64,000 nucleotides of DNA from Centroscyllium fabricii (lineage: Eukaryota), in assembly GCA_051313645.2 (NCBI GenBank), contig JBNRSN020000011.1:45880001-45944000 (forward strand), written 5' to 3'. Shown here piece by piece: positions 12,220-25,300 of the stretch (position 1 is the first letter of the stretch; each line of letters starts with the position of its first letter). The notes under the pieces were generated by a model. That model saw only the letters and a list, made by a program, of their open reading frames with translations, ran no database searches and was not told the origin of the DNA. The position numbers and the translations under genes were made by a program.

Positions 12220-13610
12220 GATTAGATCATGGCTGATCTGTACCTCAACTCTTTTTACCTGCCTTTGATACATATCTCTTGATACCTGTACCTAATTTTA
12301 AAAAATCTATTGATTTTCAGTCTTGCAAATTTTAATTGACCCACCATCCACCGCCTTTTTGGGGAAGGAATTCCAGATTTCCACTGCCGTGTGTGTGGAG
12401 AAAATGCATCCAGATCTCACTGCTGAACAGCCCAGTTCTAATTATTAGATTGTGCTCCCTTGTTCTGGATTCCCCACTAGATGAAATAGTTTCTATCTAT
12501 CTACCCATATATTGAATCCTTCTATAAGTTTAAAGACCTTGATTAGATCACCCAGTAACCTTCTCAACTCAAGGGAATGCAAACTAAATTTATGCAACCT
12601 GCCCTCCTAATTTAACCCTTTAAGCCATGGTACCATTCCGGTGGATCTGTGCCGTTCTCCTTCCAAAGCCAATATATCCTTCCTAAGTTGCGGTGCTAAA
12701 AACGAAAGTACTGGTACTCCAGATGGGACCTGTACAACTGAAGAATAACCTACGCATTTCCCTATTTTAGTCCAGCCGCCTTAAAATAAGGGCTAAGATT
12801 CTATTAGCCTTTTGCACCTGTGCACTAGGTTTTAGTGATTTGTGTACATGAACACCCAAACCCCTTTGCTATTCCAGTTTTTAGTCCCTCACTATTAAGA
12901 AAATGTTCCAATGTGGATGACCTTGCACTTCCCCACATTGAACTCCATCTGCCATAGTTTTGCCTACTCACCTAATCTGTCCATGTCCTGGGCGGCACAG
13001 TGGTTAGCACTGTTGCCTTACAGCACTAGAGACCCGGGTTCAAATCCAGCCTCGGGTACTATCTGTGTGGAGTTTGCACATTCTCCCCGTGTCTGCGTGG
13101 GTTTCCTCCGGGTGCTCCGGTTTCCTCCCACAGTCCAAAGATGTGCGGGTTAGGTTAATTGGCCATGATAAATTGACCCTTAGTGTTAGGGGGATTGAAT
13201 ATGTGTGGTTACAGGGATAGGGTGGGATATGTGTCGGTGCAGGCTCGATAGGGATCAAGGGATATTGGGAGAAGGCAGGGATAGGGTACTGGGTTTGGAT
13301 GATCAGCCATGATCTCATTGAATGGTGGAGCAGGCTCGAAGGGCCGAATGGCCTCCTCCTGCTCCTATCTTCTATGTTTCTATGTCCCTTGGTAACTTCC
13401 TGCTCCCATCTGCACAAGTTACTGTGGCTCCTAACTCGGTGTTAGCTGCAAATTTGGAATCCTTCATCCAAGTCATTGATATCTATGGTGAAAAGCTGAG
13501 GCCCCAGTACAGATCTCTGGGGAACACCACTTGTCACATCCCGCTAATCAGAGTATATTCCCTTTATTCCTACTCTCTGTCTCTGAACTCCCAACCAATT
13601 ACTGACCTAG
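12220..13610 (-). mobile_element. Degenerate CR1 ORF2 3' fragment, split by an HE1 SINE
   Basis: Reverse-complement CR1 tail (AGATCATGGCTGATCTG...) and RT-region sequence continuing on both sides of 12990-13384. Confidence 0.75.
12990..13384 (+). mobile_element. HE1-type V-SINE with an alternative, longer CR1 tail
   Basis: tRNA head and V domain, then GGGATCAAGGGATAT...GATCAGCCATGATCTCATTGAATGG...TTCTATG. Short ATGTCC duplication at the flanks. Confidence 0.9.
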
Positions 13611-14739
13611 GTCACGAGAAATGAGTGACGGTCATTTTAAAAAAATTGTTGGCAGGAAACATCTGCCAGTAATTTGCAGATTTATTTTTTCTATAACTGT
13701 GCCAGGTAGTATGATTTGACGGGCAGACTTTAGAACAAAGATCCTGAACCTAAAGACAGCAATGTCAGTTTCTTGATCAATAACATTAAACTGTTGTTTG
13801 AACATTTCCAATATCTTAGTTTGTCTGACAAGTTTGGTATCGTCAAAGAAATCGGCATAATTTTATTATGAGGTCTTTAAATACCAACTCATCTGAGAAT
13901 TTCTTCCGCTCAGTGTATGTACAAGGCCAGGAAACCTAATGAGTAACTCCTACCAAACACCAAATCTGATTTTTTTGCCGACTTGAACAATCTAGTTGAA
14001 TGGATGTTAAAGTAGGAATAGTAGTTGACAGCAAATTAGCTGGCAAACAACATTGACCTGTAGATCGGGCCGATGCTTGTCTGGTCTAGTGTTCTAAGCG
14101 ATCAAGGTAGCTTGTTCTTTGGTCAGTGGTACATATAAAGCTTCAAAAACTGTTCAGTACTCAAAGGATTAAAGGGGAATTGTCTGAGATGTCCAGCATA
14201 TGGGTCACAACTACATGTAGAATTGTGAGCTGTCCAGTCTCGCACATTCGCAGTGAGGCTCACAAATCTTCATTCTAAACTGCGATTGTATCGATGTATC
14301 TTAGTCTTTTAAACTAAAAGTGCTCTCCTCTTTTAAATGGTTCATAAAAGTCAGTCAGCTCTGTTAATTGTTTAAATCTCCTTCCCAACATTTCCACAAT
14401 GTCAGCCTGTACAAAAGCTGTAATTTTATGCACCTCTTCTGATGTATATATTGGGGTTGGAAGTAGAAGTTAATGTCTAATCTCTCTGTGTGCATATATA
14501 TTTTTTAAGAAACATTTTCTGAGGCCAGGTTTTCCTTTGTCATCTATCCTTCTGAAACCAAGCAGATGGGCAGTAGGGTACCAGCGATTACTGGCTACTG
14601 GTGGAATCTGATTGATAGAAGCTGATTATTTCATCCCATCTTCTTTACTTTATAGAAAAACACCATTGTAGTAGGAATTGACTCTGCAAAGGGTTCAGTG
14701 CCTGCATTTCACATCCGACTTCTGTCTTTCAGATAAACT

Positions 14740-15210
14740 GTTCAGCTGTGGCTCAGTGGGTTGTACTCTCATCTCTGGGTCAAATGGTTGTGGGTTCAAG
14801 TCCCACTCCAGAGACTTGAGCACAAAAAAATCTAGGTTAACACACCAGGGCTGTACTGAGGGAGTGCTGCACTGTCTGTGCTGCTGTCTTTCGGATGAGA
14901 CGTTTAACCGAGGCCCTGTCTGCTCTCTCCAGTGGACATTACAGATCCCATGGCACTATTTTGAAGAAGAGTAGGGGAGTTCTCTCTAGTGTCCTGGAGC
15001 CAATATTTATCCCTCAATCAACATCACTAAAAAGAGATTATCTGGTCATTATCGCATTGCTGTTTGTGGGAGCTTGCTGTGCATAAGTTGGCTGCAGTGC
15101 TTCTGACGTTACAACAGTGACTATACTTCAAAAGTACATAATTGGTTCTGAAGCGCTTTGGGACGTCCTGAGGTCAGGAAAGGCACTATATAAATGCAAT
15201 TTATTTCTTT
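14740..15210 (+). mobile_element. DeuSINE (SacSINE1-like), near full length
   Basis: tRNA-like head (TGGCTCAGTGG, GGTTCAAGTCC), Deu domain (GATGAGACGTTTAACCGAGGCCC...GATCCCATGGCACTATTT) and L2-like tail (AAAGGCACTATATAAATGCAA). Confidence 0.85.
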
Positions 15211-16149
15211 ACTTCACTGTGCGAACTTGAAAAGCTTTTTAAATGGAAGACTATGGTCTACTACCCAACATTCTTCACTCTCTAATCCGATGACAATGAT
15301 CCAAACCTTAAGTGAGGCTTGAATCAGTAAATTTGATGCTGACTTAAGGGATTGATATAATCAGAAAATGGAAGGTCTCATTCTCTGAGTTAATAAAGAT
15401 GCTGTCCTGGAATCCACACCTACCATCGGATGTAAGGATTCTTAATAGACAATTTGCATGAGGTGCAGAAATGGGCTGTCATTAACTATAATTATAACAT
15501 AAGTCATAACCATCTGTTTAGGATCTGGACTAAATCTTGGTGATAGCCTGCCCTAATTATTTGCATGAAATGTAATGGTGCACTGCTCGGCTCCGTTCTT
15601 CAGAGATGGATTAGATGGCCAAGGGAAAAGGTGCTGTGATGAAGGTTGCTGGCTTGCATAAATTGTGAACGTTTTCTCAAAGAACTTCTCCTAATCTGAG
15701 GACAAGTGATTGTTCTTTTGAAAATTCAACGGGTGATTTGCTTGCCAAATTAATTTTGTTCCTTTTTTAAAGTTTTCCATTTTTATTTTATCCTATTTAC
15801 AAAGGTTATTTGTCGAAAGCCTTTCATGGTAGGAAGCCTTAGGGTGTCTCTGTTATTGTGCCATAAAAGTTCTCAGTGCACTTTTGTTCATTTGAAGGCT
15901 AAATGTCTTGTCAGAACCCTCATGCATCAAAAGCATTATATCCTGTTCCAGGTAGAATCTTGTCTCGCTCTTGCAATCCCATTTCCTTTTATTTTTAACA
16001 CAGGGAATGAGCAATTATAAGGAATTTACCATAAGGGAGACTGGTCACAAGAAAAGGTGATCAGAATAACGGTAAGAGATGGATAACGTGTGCAGTAGGG
16101 AGGTGGACCTCTAATTGACTTTGGCCCTTTGCCACAAAGTCAGTTCCTT

Positions 16150-16910
16150 AGCCACCGATTTCATCCCCCTTCCTGGCCACTGTCTTGGGGCTGAACCAGA
16201 CTGTTTGCAACCTCAGCTTCCCATTTGACCCTGAGCTGAGCATCCGACCCCATATCCTCTATCACAAAGACCCCTTACCTCCACCTCCATAATATTGACC
16301 GTCTCCGTCCCTGCCTCAGCCCATCTGCTGCTAAAACCCCCCTCCTTGCTTTTACTTCCGGACTCCACTATCCCAACACTCTCCTGACCGGCCTCCCATC
16401 TTCCACCCTCTTAAACTTTAGCTAATTCGAAATGCTATTGCACGTATCCTGATTGGCTCCAGGTCCCGTACACTCATCACCCCTGTGCTCGCTGACCTTC
16501 ATTGGTTCCTAGTTCATCAACACCTTGATTTTAAAATTCTCATTCTTGTTTTCAAATCCCTATCTCTGTAACCTCCTCCAGCCCTACAACGCTCCGAAAA
16601 CTCTACATTCCTCTAGCTCTGGCCTCTTGTGCATCCCCCATTTCCTTCGGCCCACCATTGGCGGTTGTACCTTCAGCCATCCAGGCCCTAAGCCCTGGAA
16701 TTCGCACACCAAACCTCATCGCCTATCCACCTCTCTCTTTTCCTTTTAAGACTCTGCATAAAACCTACCTCTTTTGACCAAGCATTTGGTCACTTGTCCC
16801 AACGCCTTCTTCTTGGGCTCAGTGTCAATTTTTGTCTGATTACACGCCTGTGAAGGGGCTTGGGATGTTTTACTACATTAAAGGCGCTAGATAAATGCAA
16901 ATTGTCATTG
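16150..16910 (+). mobile_element. L2 LINE 3' fragment
   Basis: Pyrimidine-rich L2-type 3' ORF remnant ending TGTGAAG...TTGGGATGTTTTACTACATTAAAGGCGCTAGATAAATGCAA, the same type of tail as the DeuSINE. Confidence 0.75.
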
Positions 16911-17415
16911 TAAAAGTACCAACCTGTGTTTCAACACTGTCTGTTAGGTTAATTGGGCGACAGCATTTAAAACCAAGCAGCAACTTCAATTATTTGTACA
17001 ATATAACACACATGATTTGTGGGAGATGGCAGACCTTTGGCCAAACTTCCATTCCCAGCTACACCACTGAGCAGACCTGTTGGATCTGTACAGTGGCCAA
17101 TGAGCTACACAAGGACACCTTTCAGTCGGATCCAGATGGTTCTGTTTTGCATGGAAGAGGCTGAAATATTGCAAGTGATTTAAAGGAGCAATTGCCGAGC
17201 TGTTCTTTTTTAAAGTGCACCTTGAGTGAAGCATTGAAGTTGAAACAAAATGACTCTGATTATCCTAATGAACAAACTGTTTGACTTTGTTAACTCAAAG
17301 GTTGATCTTCAAACTGTGGAGGTGCATTGCTGCAGAATATGACCAAAAGCCATAGTTTAAATTGTTTCCAAAATATCCAGGGATTTATTGATTTTTTTTT
17401 TAAAGGTATGGTCAT

Positions 17416-17659
17416 TGTAATAATATTGAACAACTTCCAGGTGAAAGTTGGACGATGAACTTGTATATATATATATGTCACATTCTGTGAACTATGAACT
17501 CTGTACATATGTCACTTCCTGTGCCTGGGCATAGTATAAATACTGGAGCTTGCACAGTATAATGTGAATGCTCTGGAAGCATGGTGAAGACCACCTCCTG
17601 TAAATAGTGGAAATATTTGCTTTAAAGTTACTTGATGTGTAAGACTCGTTTTTACATCA
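17416..17659 (+). mobile_element. Solo LTR (Gypsy-type)
   Basis: TG...CA ends, perfect 5-bp TSD GTCAT (17411-17415, 17660-17664) and TATAAA box. Similar to the reverse complement of the solo LTR at 48682-48909. Confidence 0.8.
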
Positions 17660-17917
17660 GTCATATTTTTTCTTCTGTCCAATATAATGGATAAAAAGCT
17701 TAAGGGAACCTAACGCTTGGATGGCAGGATGAACGTAAGCTAGTTTGGCGGAGGAGAAGCTCCTTCATTTACTACTGTTTGCACAATGCTCCATCTGCCA
17801 ACTTATCTCAATGGTGAAGCTTATCACAGGTGCCAGTAGACTTTTGGTATAAGAACCCTCCTTGGGCATCTCAACAGCATAAAGGAAGGTTTTATACATT
17901 TACTATATATACAGAAT

Positions 17918-18845
17918 GGGTCAGCTTGGCTAAGTTGATGCCACTCTTCCCACTGAATCAGAAGGTTCTGGGTTCAAGCCTCGCTCTAGGTTGACACTCC
18001 AGTGCAGTGCTGAGGGAGTGCTGCACTGTAGGAGGTGCCATAGAACATAGAACATAGAACATACAGCACTGTACAGGCCCTTGGGCCCTCAATGTAGTGC
18101 CGCCCTTAGTCCTTTTCTGATTTTTCCTTTCCCCCCTACTGTTCCTTCCCCTCCATGTACCTGTCTATCATCCTTTTAAAAGCACCCAGACTGTCCGCAT
18201 CCACTATTTCAGATGGTAGCCTATTCCATTCCCCGACCACTCTCTGTGTAAAGAACCTGCCCCTGCCATCCCTTCTGAATCTTCCTCCTTGAATCTTGTG
18301 CTCGTGTCCTCTTGTTGACGTTCTTCCCGCCCGGGGAAACAGTCTTTGCACGTTTACTCTATCGATCCCCTTCATCATTTTAAACATCTCTATCAAGTCC
18401 CCCCTCTTCCTTCTCCGTTCCAGTGAGAAGAGTCCCAGCTCCCTCAACCTCTCCTCGTATGACCTTCCTCCCATTCCCGGCAGCATCCTGGTGAATCTCC
18501 TCTGCACTCTCTCCAGCGCCTCCACATCCCTCCTGTAGTACATCTTTTGGGTGAGATGTTAAATCGAGGCCCCGTTTGCTCTCTCGGGTGGGTGTAAAAG
18601 ATCCCAGGGCACCATTTCGAAGGAGAGCACGGGAGTTATCCCTGGTGTCCTGGCCAATATTTATCCCTCAACCAACATCACTAAACAGATTATCTGGTCA
18701 TTATCACATTGCTGTTTGTGGGAGCTTGCTGTGAGCAAATTGGCTGCCGCGTTTCCCACATTACCAACAGTGACTACACTTCAAAAGTACTTCATTGCCT
18801 GTAAAGCACTTTGAGACATCCAGTGGTCATGAAAGGCGTTATATG
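17918..18845 (+). mobile_element. DeuSINE interrupted by a CR1 fragment
   Basis: SINE sequence GGAGGTGCC|ATCTTTTGGGTGAGATG is contiguous across the 18041-18540 insertion. Confidence 0.85.
18041..18540 (-). mobile_element. CR1 3' fragment
   Basis: ORF 18136-18543: LERVQRRFTRMLPG...RGDLIE...FFTQRVVGEWNRLP. The (TTCTATG)n tail appears on the + strand as (ATAGAAC)n. Confidence 0.9.
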
Positions 18846-19270
18846 TCTGTCTCTCTCTCTCTCGCTCTCCTTTTGTTCCTTTTCTTTTTCTTTTTTTCCA
18901 TAAAATATCCCATGGGACTATTTTAGTAAGTGTAGGGAGTTTTCCTGCGTTCTCCTAATGTCCTGACCACCATTTCTACCTCAACCAACACTGCCAAAAA
19001 CAGACTGGTTGTTCATCTGCGGCCTACTAGGTAGCACTACAACTTTACCCCCGAATGTTGCACATACAATTATAACCAACACAGAAACCCGAATTAACAG
19101 GAACCAAGAGAAAAGCATCCATATAACAGGATGATGCTCCGGGAGCAGGCATCACTGTATTGGCGAGTTTCCTGGCAGGTTCAGTGCCCCGCTTAACTGT
19201 AGGAGAAGGTTTCTGCTGCAGCAGGTACCGCACTTGCCACAACAGATATTGCACCTGCCGCGGCACTTAC

Positions 19271-19375
19271 CACACCCACTAATGCTGGCAGAGCTTTTAA
19301 CATGGGGAAAAAAGCTGGAAAGGAACGATGCTGCTGTAGGTTGAGAGGTTGATGACTGCAGCGAGTCTGTATGGA
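19271..19375 (-). other. Candidate 105-nt exon of an unidentified minus-strand transcript
   Basis: Acceptor TATATTTCAG and donor GTG|GTAAGT on the minus strand. Length is a multiple of 3 and it is open in two phases, in non-repetitive DNA. No homology recognised. Confidence 0.2.
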
Positions 19376-19469
19376 CTGAAATATAACACAGTAAGTGTTG
19401 TTAAAAGTAAAGGGATGATGGGAGCTGCCGCAGTCGGTGATGGCTGCTGTAATTAAAAAGTGGTCCTCA

Positions 19470-19765
19470 TCAAACACACATTTACATGCACCTTTCACTA
19501 ACTATGGGTGTCCCAAAGCGCTGTACGGCCAATTAAGTACTTTTTTTTTTTTAAGTGTAGTCACTGTTGTAATATGGGAAACATGGCAGCCAAATTGCAG
19601 ACAGCAAGGTCCCACAAACAGCAATGTGATAGTGACTGGATAATCTATTTTTGCAATAATGATTGAGGGATAAATATTGGCCATTACATTGGGGAGAACT
19701 CACCTGCACCTCTTTGAATAGTGCCGTAGGATTTTGTTACATCCACCCGAGAGAGCAGACATCGC
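19470..19765 (-). mobile_element. DeuSINE fragment
   Basis: Reverse complement of the Deu domain and tail (AAGTGTAGTCACTGTTGTAAT...GAGGGATAAATATTGGCCA). Confidence 0.75.
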
Positions 19766-20749
19766 TTGCCTGTGGATCTGAGCAAGCAGTCCTTTGGTAA
19801 ACTGCGTGACAATAACAGTATGACTCTCAGTAAGAGGTTACCAAGAGCCCCATTGGTTCAGCAGGCAGTCTACACACATTTATACCTCCCATGCTGAATC
19901 CCACCACATGGAAGAGTCTGATCTGACTTCTATGTGAATGAGATCATTAAAGCTTTGAAGTCATCAATCATTCTTTAGAAGCTAAAACTGCTGCGTGGAA
20001 GTCAGACCGTTTTGTTAAAGGATCACTTTATTTTCCCAACGTTCGTGGTCAACATAGATTTGAGACTGAAAAGTGTCCTGAGAAAAATGAAGACTAAATA
20101 TTCTGGAGGTAATGTATTCATGCAGCTTGACCTTGTATTCTAATGTAATGTCTTTTGAAAGTACAACACAGAATGATTTCTTTTGTTTTATAATTTTACT
20201 TTCTCTGGTATGCCCTTTTTATGATGATGCTTCAAGGCTGCTTGTATTAACCTGGGAATCTCGGAGGAATAATAAAACATGCTTTTTGTATCTAGTTTTT
20301 GCAAAGAAAATGTTTCCTTGAAACATTTATTATTTTAAGATGCCATTGCTTATATCATCCAGCTACCATCGGATTTCTTTTACATGCTTTGTGGGTGGAG
20401 GGGGAATTTCCTCTGTACTTTAGTGTAAGGAAATTATAAAGCCAGTTTCTGTTTATAAACTGTTGTTATACATGACACATAAGGAATCTCATCTTTGTGA
20501 CCGAACTATTGGCTGTGTGGTCGATGCAGTTGTTGGTCTTTGTAAACGTGTAGGAAAGAATTGGTGATTGTGCGTTTTTTGGTCTGCAATGATCTCTTCA
20601 GAGGGACGGCATATTTCATTTTTCATGGTCCAAGGTAATATTTTTATTTTGGATTCCACAGTGCTTTCTATATGAAGAAAAATGTAAATAATCCAATTTT
20701 CAGGATATCGGAAATGATGTGAGCTAATTTCACGAACATCGGCATTTTT

Positions 20750-21510
20750 ACAAACAAGAGGTTACATGGACCCCAGTAGAGAGAGTGAGTAATTTCAGCT
20801 ACCTCAGTGTCCATCTTACAGAGGACCTGACATGGTCCCTTCACATAGACACCTTGGTGAAGAAGGCACGGCAGCGTCTTTACCATCTTAAACATCTGAG
20901 GAAGTATAAAATGTCCCCGCAAATACTAAACAACTTTTATAAATGCACTATTGAGAGTATCCTGTCGGGGTGCATACCGCCTGGTATGGTAACAGCATTA
21001 AACAGGACCGTAGGACCCTGCAGAGGGTAGTGCGGTTGGCAGAACGTACCCCCGGGGGTGCACTCCCTAACCGGCAGGATATCTACACCAGGCGGTGCAT
21101 GACTAAGGCTAAGACGGTCATAAAGGATCCTAGTCACCCGAACAATGGCCTCTTCTCACTGCTGTGGTCAGGAAAACGCTACCGCAGCATTAAGACCAAC
21201 ACAGAGAGGCTTAGGAGGAGTTACTATCCCCAAGCCATCCGGATCCTAAATGAAGACGCTGCCAAGGGTCAGTACACTGCTCCCTGACGATTGAATGTCA
21301 TCGTGAGCACCGGTGCTAGCTGGTCAGCGCAGTAATAACTGTTCTATTTTTATTATTTTTTCTTCTTGTAATTATTAATTGTTATTGTATTTATTGTATT
21401 TTTTGTTAATTTAAATAGCACAGTGTTGGAGCTTGTGATTAAGCATTTCACTGCACTTTATATATGTATGATAATGTATGTGACGAATAAACTACTTGTA
21501 ACTTGTATAG
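20750..21510 (+). mobile_element. Rex1/Babar LINE 3' fragment
   Basis: HLTEDLTWSLH...KKARQRLYHL...TIESILSGC and IKDPSHP...SGKRYRSIKTNTERLRRSYYPQAIRILN. AATAAA plus ACTTGT tail. Confidence 0.85.
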
Positions 21511-21825
21511 TTACACAACAGCCAGAGATATCGCCATTTTAAAAAGTTACTTCCGTGACTGCATAATAGTGCACATAGCTCAACTTAGTTATTCTCCCTC
21601 CCTCACTACGCGTACATAGGTGCACACATGCACATTCTCTGGATGTGCCCATTCCTAGTTGCCCTCGAGAAGGTGGTGGTGAGCCACCATTTTGAACCAC
21701 TGCAGTCCATGTGGTGAAGGTGCCCCTACAATGCGGCTAGGTAGGGAGTTCCAGGATTTTGACCCAGCGACGATGGCTCAGTGCTGATGTATGTCCAAGT
21801 CAAGCTGTTCTGTGACTTGGGGGGG

Positions 21826-22033
21826 TGTGGTGTATGGCCCCTTTAAGGGAATCCAACACCTATTTGGAATACCAGTAACTCCTGTGTTCTCTGCAGTGTT
21901 CTAGAATGTTAGTTCGGTTGGCAGTTGCCTTTTGAGCCAGGTCTTAATTCTCTCCCATAGATTAAACACCTACTTTGTTGATTACCTCCTGACTCCGACT
22001 AAGTTATTAAGTCTGGACACCCCAGACTTAACA
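21826..22033 (+). repeat. 5' LTR of Gypsy-A
   Basis: Direct repeat of 26620-26827. Contains an ATTAAA signal and a terminal hairpin at 22007-22031. Confidence 0.95.
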
Positions 22034-22034
22034 G

Positions 22035-22046
22035 TGGCGACGCAGG
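22035..22046 (+). promoter_or_regulatory. Primer-binding site, probably tRNA-Ser(GCU)
   Basis: TGGCGACGCAGG starts 1 nt after the LTR. The vertebrate tRNA-Ser(GCU) 3' end is complementary to TGGCGACGAGG. Confidence 0.7.
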
Positions 22047-22364
22047 TAAAGGACCCAGAAGGCAAGAAGAGCAGCGGGCGCTGAGAGGGGTCGGGAAATA
22101 AAGAAAACAACGACATCAAATTGCTCCCCGCACCCTCAGAGATTGGACGGTGGTGCGCGGTCGAGCAAAGTAAAGCAGGTCGGTGAGTGTCGGTGCCCTG
22201 TACTGAGGGTACCTTCAAGGTCAGGGAGAGAGGTTCAGTCCGGGAAAAGGGCGCTGTAGAGGATTAAGGCAGCGGAACCTTTTCCCAGCCCTAATTGAAG
22301 GGCAGGAAGCGCCATTTTGCTTTTTCCTCGACGCAGTGTTAAAAACGGTGAGAAGGCAAGAAAA

Positions 22365-25300
22365 ATGTCAAAAAGAGGTAATATGTCGGTATTTGACGGC
22401 GAATTAGAAGACTGGGACACGTACGTTGAGAGATTTAATGTATACTGTGTAGTGAATGAGGTCACAGAAGAAAAAAAGGCCGCAAACTTGTTAAACGTAA
22501 TGGGTACAAAGACGTACGGCTTATTAAAGAACCTCCTGTACCCAAAGAAGCCAACAGAAGCATCATTTCAGCAGATATCCGATAAGCTAAAGGAGCATTT
22601 GAACCCTGCTCCATTGTTTTTGCCCGAACGGTTCGCGTTCTATAGAAGAGATCAGAGACCGGGTGAATCGGTGGCGCAATTTTTATCGGAACTCAGGAAG
22701 CTGACGGTGTTCTGTAGGTTTGAAGAATTTTTAAACCAAGCCATACGTGACAGGTTTGTGTGCGGACTTCAAAGCGAGGAGCTCCAACAAAAGCTACTGG
22801 CCGAAAGCGAGCTAGGATTAGAAAAGGCTATAAAGATGGCTATCTCGTTCGAAGCGGCGCAGAAGGGCGCGGCGGTGATCCAGAAAAAGGATATGGAACT
22901 GGATACACATAGGATGTTAACCAGAGTAAGATGTTTCCGTTGTGGGAAGACATCCCATCATCACCAGAATTGCTGGTTCAAGGACAAAAGTTGCAGAAAC
23001 TGTGGTAAAATGGGACACATGGCAAAAGTCTGCAAAGCTACTGATTCCGAAAAGAAGACAGCCAAGAAAGCAAGTGCTTTTAAGTCTGAGACCAAGAGGG
23101 TCTACGAGTTTAATAAAGAAATTTCCAGTGAGAATGAAGAGTCCGGCGGGGAAGAAAAGTTGAAATGTTTGCATATACAGTCGGTCCAAGGGAGTGGAGA
23201 CCGTGATGCTATCTGGGTTACCCTATCCATCTCTGGTATTTCACTAAAATTGGAACTAGACACGGGATCGGCGTTGACGGTAATAAATGAAAAAGATTAC
23301 CATGAGTACTTTTCAAGAAAACCACTGCTAAAGACGGGACTCACCTTAAAGACATACACTGGCCAGAAAATTAAGCCGAAAGGAAAAATTGAAGTGTCCG
23401 TGAAGTATAAAGGCACCACATTCAAGGAGTTGTACATCTATGTACTAACGGAAGGTGGGCGTCCATTGTTGGGCAGGGAATGGGCCAGGAGACTTCAATT
23501 CGATTGGTCAGGCATTCACCTGATAAGCAGGACTGAGGAGAAACCCAGTAAACAGCTAAAAGACAGAGTGGCTAAAGTACTGGAGAAAGTACCTGAGGTT
23601 TTTTTGCCTGGGCTGGGGAAGCTGGAAGGACTGACTGCGTCTGTATCCATTCAGGAAGGAGCTTCTCCCAAATTCTTTAAACCCAGACCGGTGCCTTTTG
23701 CCATCAGAGCGGCGGTAGAGGCCGAGTTGGACAATCTGGAGCAACAAGGGGTACTTTCCAAGGTAGAATGGAGTAATTGGGCTACTCCCATTGTACCAGT
23801 CGTGAAGAAGATGATTGCTGACAGTCCAGGGGCGCATCAAAAGGTCAGAATTTGTGGTGACTTCAAGGTAACGGTAAACCCGGTGTTGCGAATAGTACAA
23901 TATCCGTTGCCAAAGATTGAAGACATTTTTGCGTCCTTAGCAGGTGGACAACGTTTTTCGAAGATTGATCTGGCACAGGCGTACCTACAGATGGAGGTCG
24001 ATGTGGATTCCAGACAATTTCTTACAATCAACACACACAGGGGTCTATACCGCTACAATAGGTTGATATTTGGGATTGCATCTGCTCCGGCAATTTGGCA
24101 AAGAGCCATGGAGCAGGTGTTGCAAGGAATTCCGGGCACCCAATGCTACCTAGACGACATCTTGATCACAGGAAGAACAGAAACGGATCATTTGGACAAT
24201 CTGGAACGAGTTTTACAGCGATTGAAACAATATGGATTAAGGGCCAATAAGGACAAATGTGAATTTTTTCAGGAGAAGCTATCATATTGTGGCCACATCA
24301 TTGATAGGACCGGGTTGCATAAGTCACCAGAGAAAGTGGAGGCTGTAGTAAATGCACCGGCACCGGAAACTGTTTTAAAGCTGCGCTCGTACCTAGGACT
24401 GATTAATTATTACCACAAGTTCTTACCGAACCTGTCTACTATTCTGCACCCTCTAAATAACCTCTTGAGGACTGGGGTTCCTTGGAAATGGTCCCCAGAA
24501 TGCGTTAAGGCATTTGCGGAGAGTAAAAGGTTGATCACTTCCGAGAAAATATTGGCACATTTCGATCCTACAATTCCAATTAAACTGGCCTGTGATGCAT
24601 CGCCTTATGGCATTGGAGCGGTGCTCTCTCACCAGTTTCCGGGAGGGGCCGAACGACCTATTGCGTTTGCGTCCAGATCACTAACGTCGGCTGAAAAGAA
24701 CTATGCACAGATTGATCGGGAGGCCCTGAGCCTGGTGTGGGGCGTAAAAAAATTTCATCACTATCTATATGGACAAAAATTTACTCTGATAACCGATCAT
24801 CAACCTTTGGTTGCCATTTTTAACCCAAACAAGGCAGTTCCAATGATGACGGCGCAACGATTGCAGAGGTGGTCTTTGTTCCTGGGTGCGCACCAGTACG
24901 ACATACAATACAGAGGGACCAAACAACACGCCAACGCAGACAGCTTGTCACGACTTCCGCTGCCAGTAAAAGGTAAAGATACCGTATTGGATGCTGCGGA
25001 CCTTTTCCATACGTCTATTGTAGAAGCCTTGCCGGTGACCAACAGGGACATTGAGAGGGAAACCAGAAATGACCCAGTGTTATCACTGGTGTATGATGCC
25101 ACAGTAAAGGGTTGGCCGGCTCGGAATGATCCACGACTGGCTCAGTATTTTGCCAGGAGGGAACAACTGTCTACTTGTCTGGGAACCTTAATGTGCGGAT
25201 CCAGGGTGGTCATCCCAGTGAAGTTACAAAAAGTAATTTTGAAAGAATTACACATAGGGCATCTCGGATGCACCAAAATGAAGAGCTTAGCACGTGCCTC

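Noticed and set aside
13620-14050. Protein-like minus-strand frames (YADFFDDTKLVRQTKILEMFKQQF...) as an endogenous viral fragment
   Set aside because: Short, interrupted by stops and with no recognisable motif. It would need a tBLASTx hit to support it.
19193-19498. Resemblance of the minus ORF to the muscleblind-like C-terminus
   Set aside because: Only low-complexity Ala/Val similarity, and no zinc-finger exons are seen nearby.
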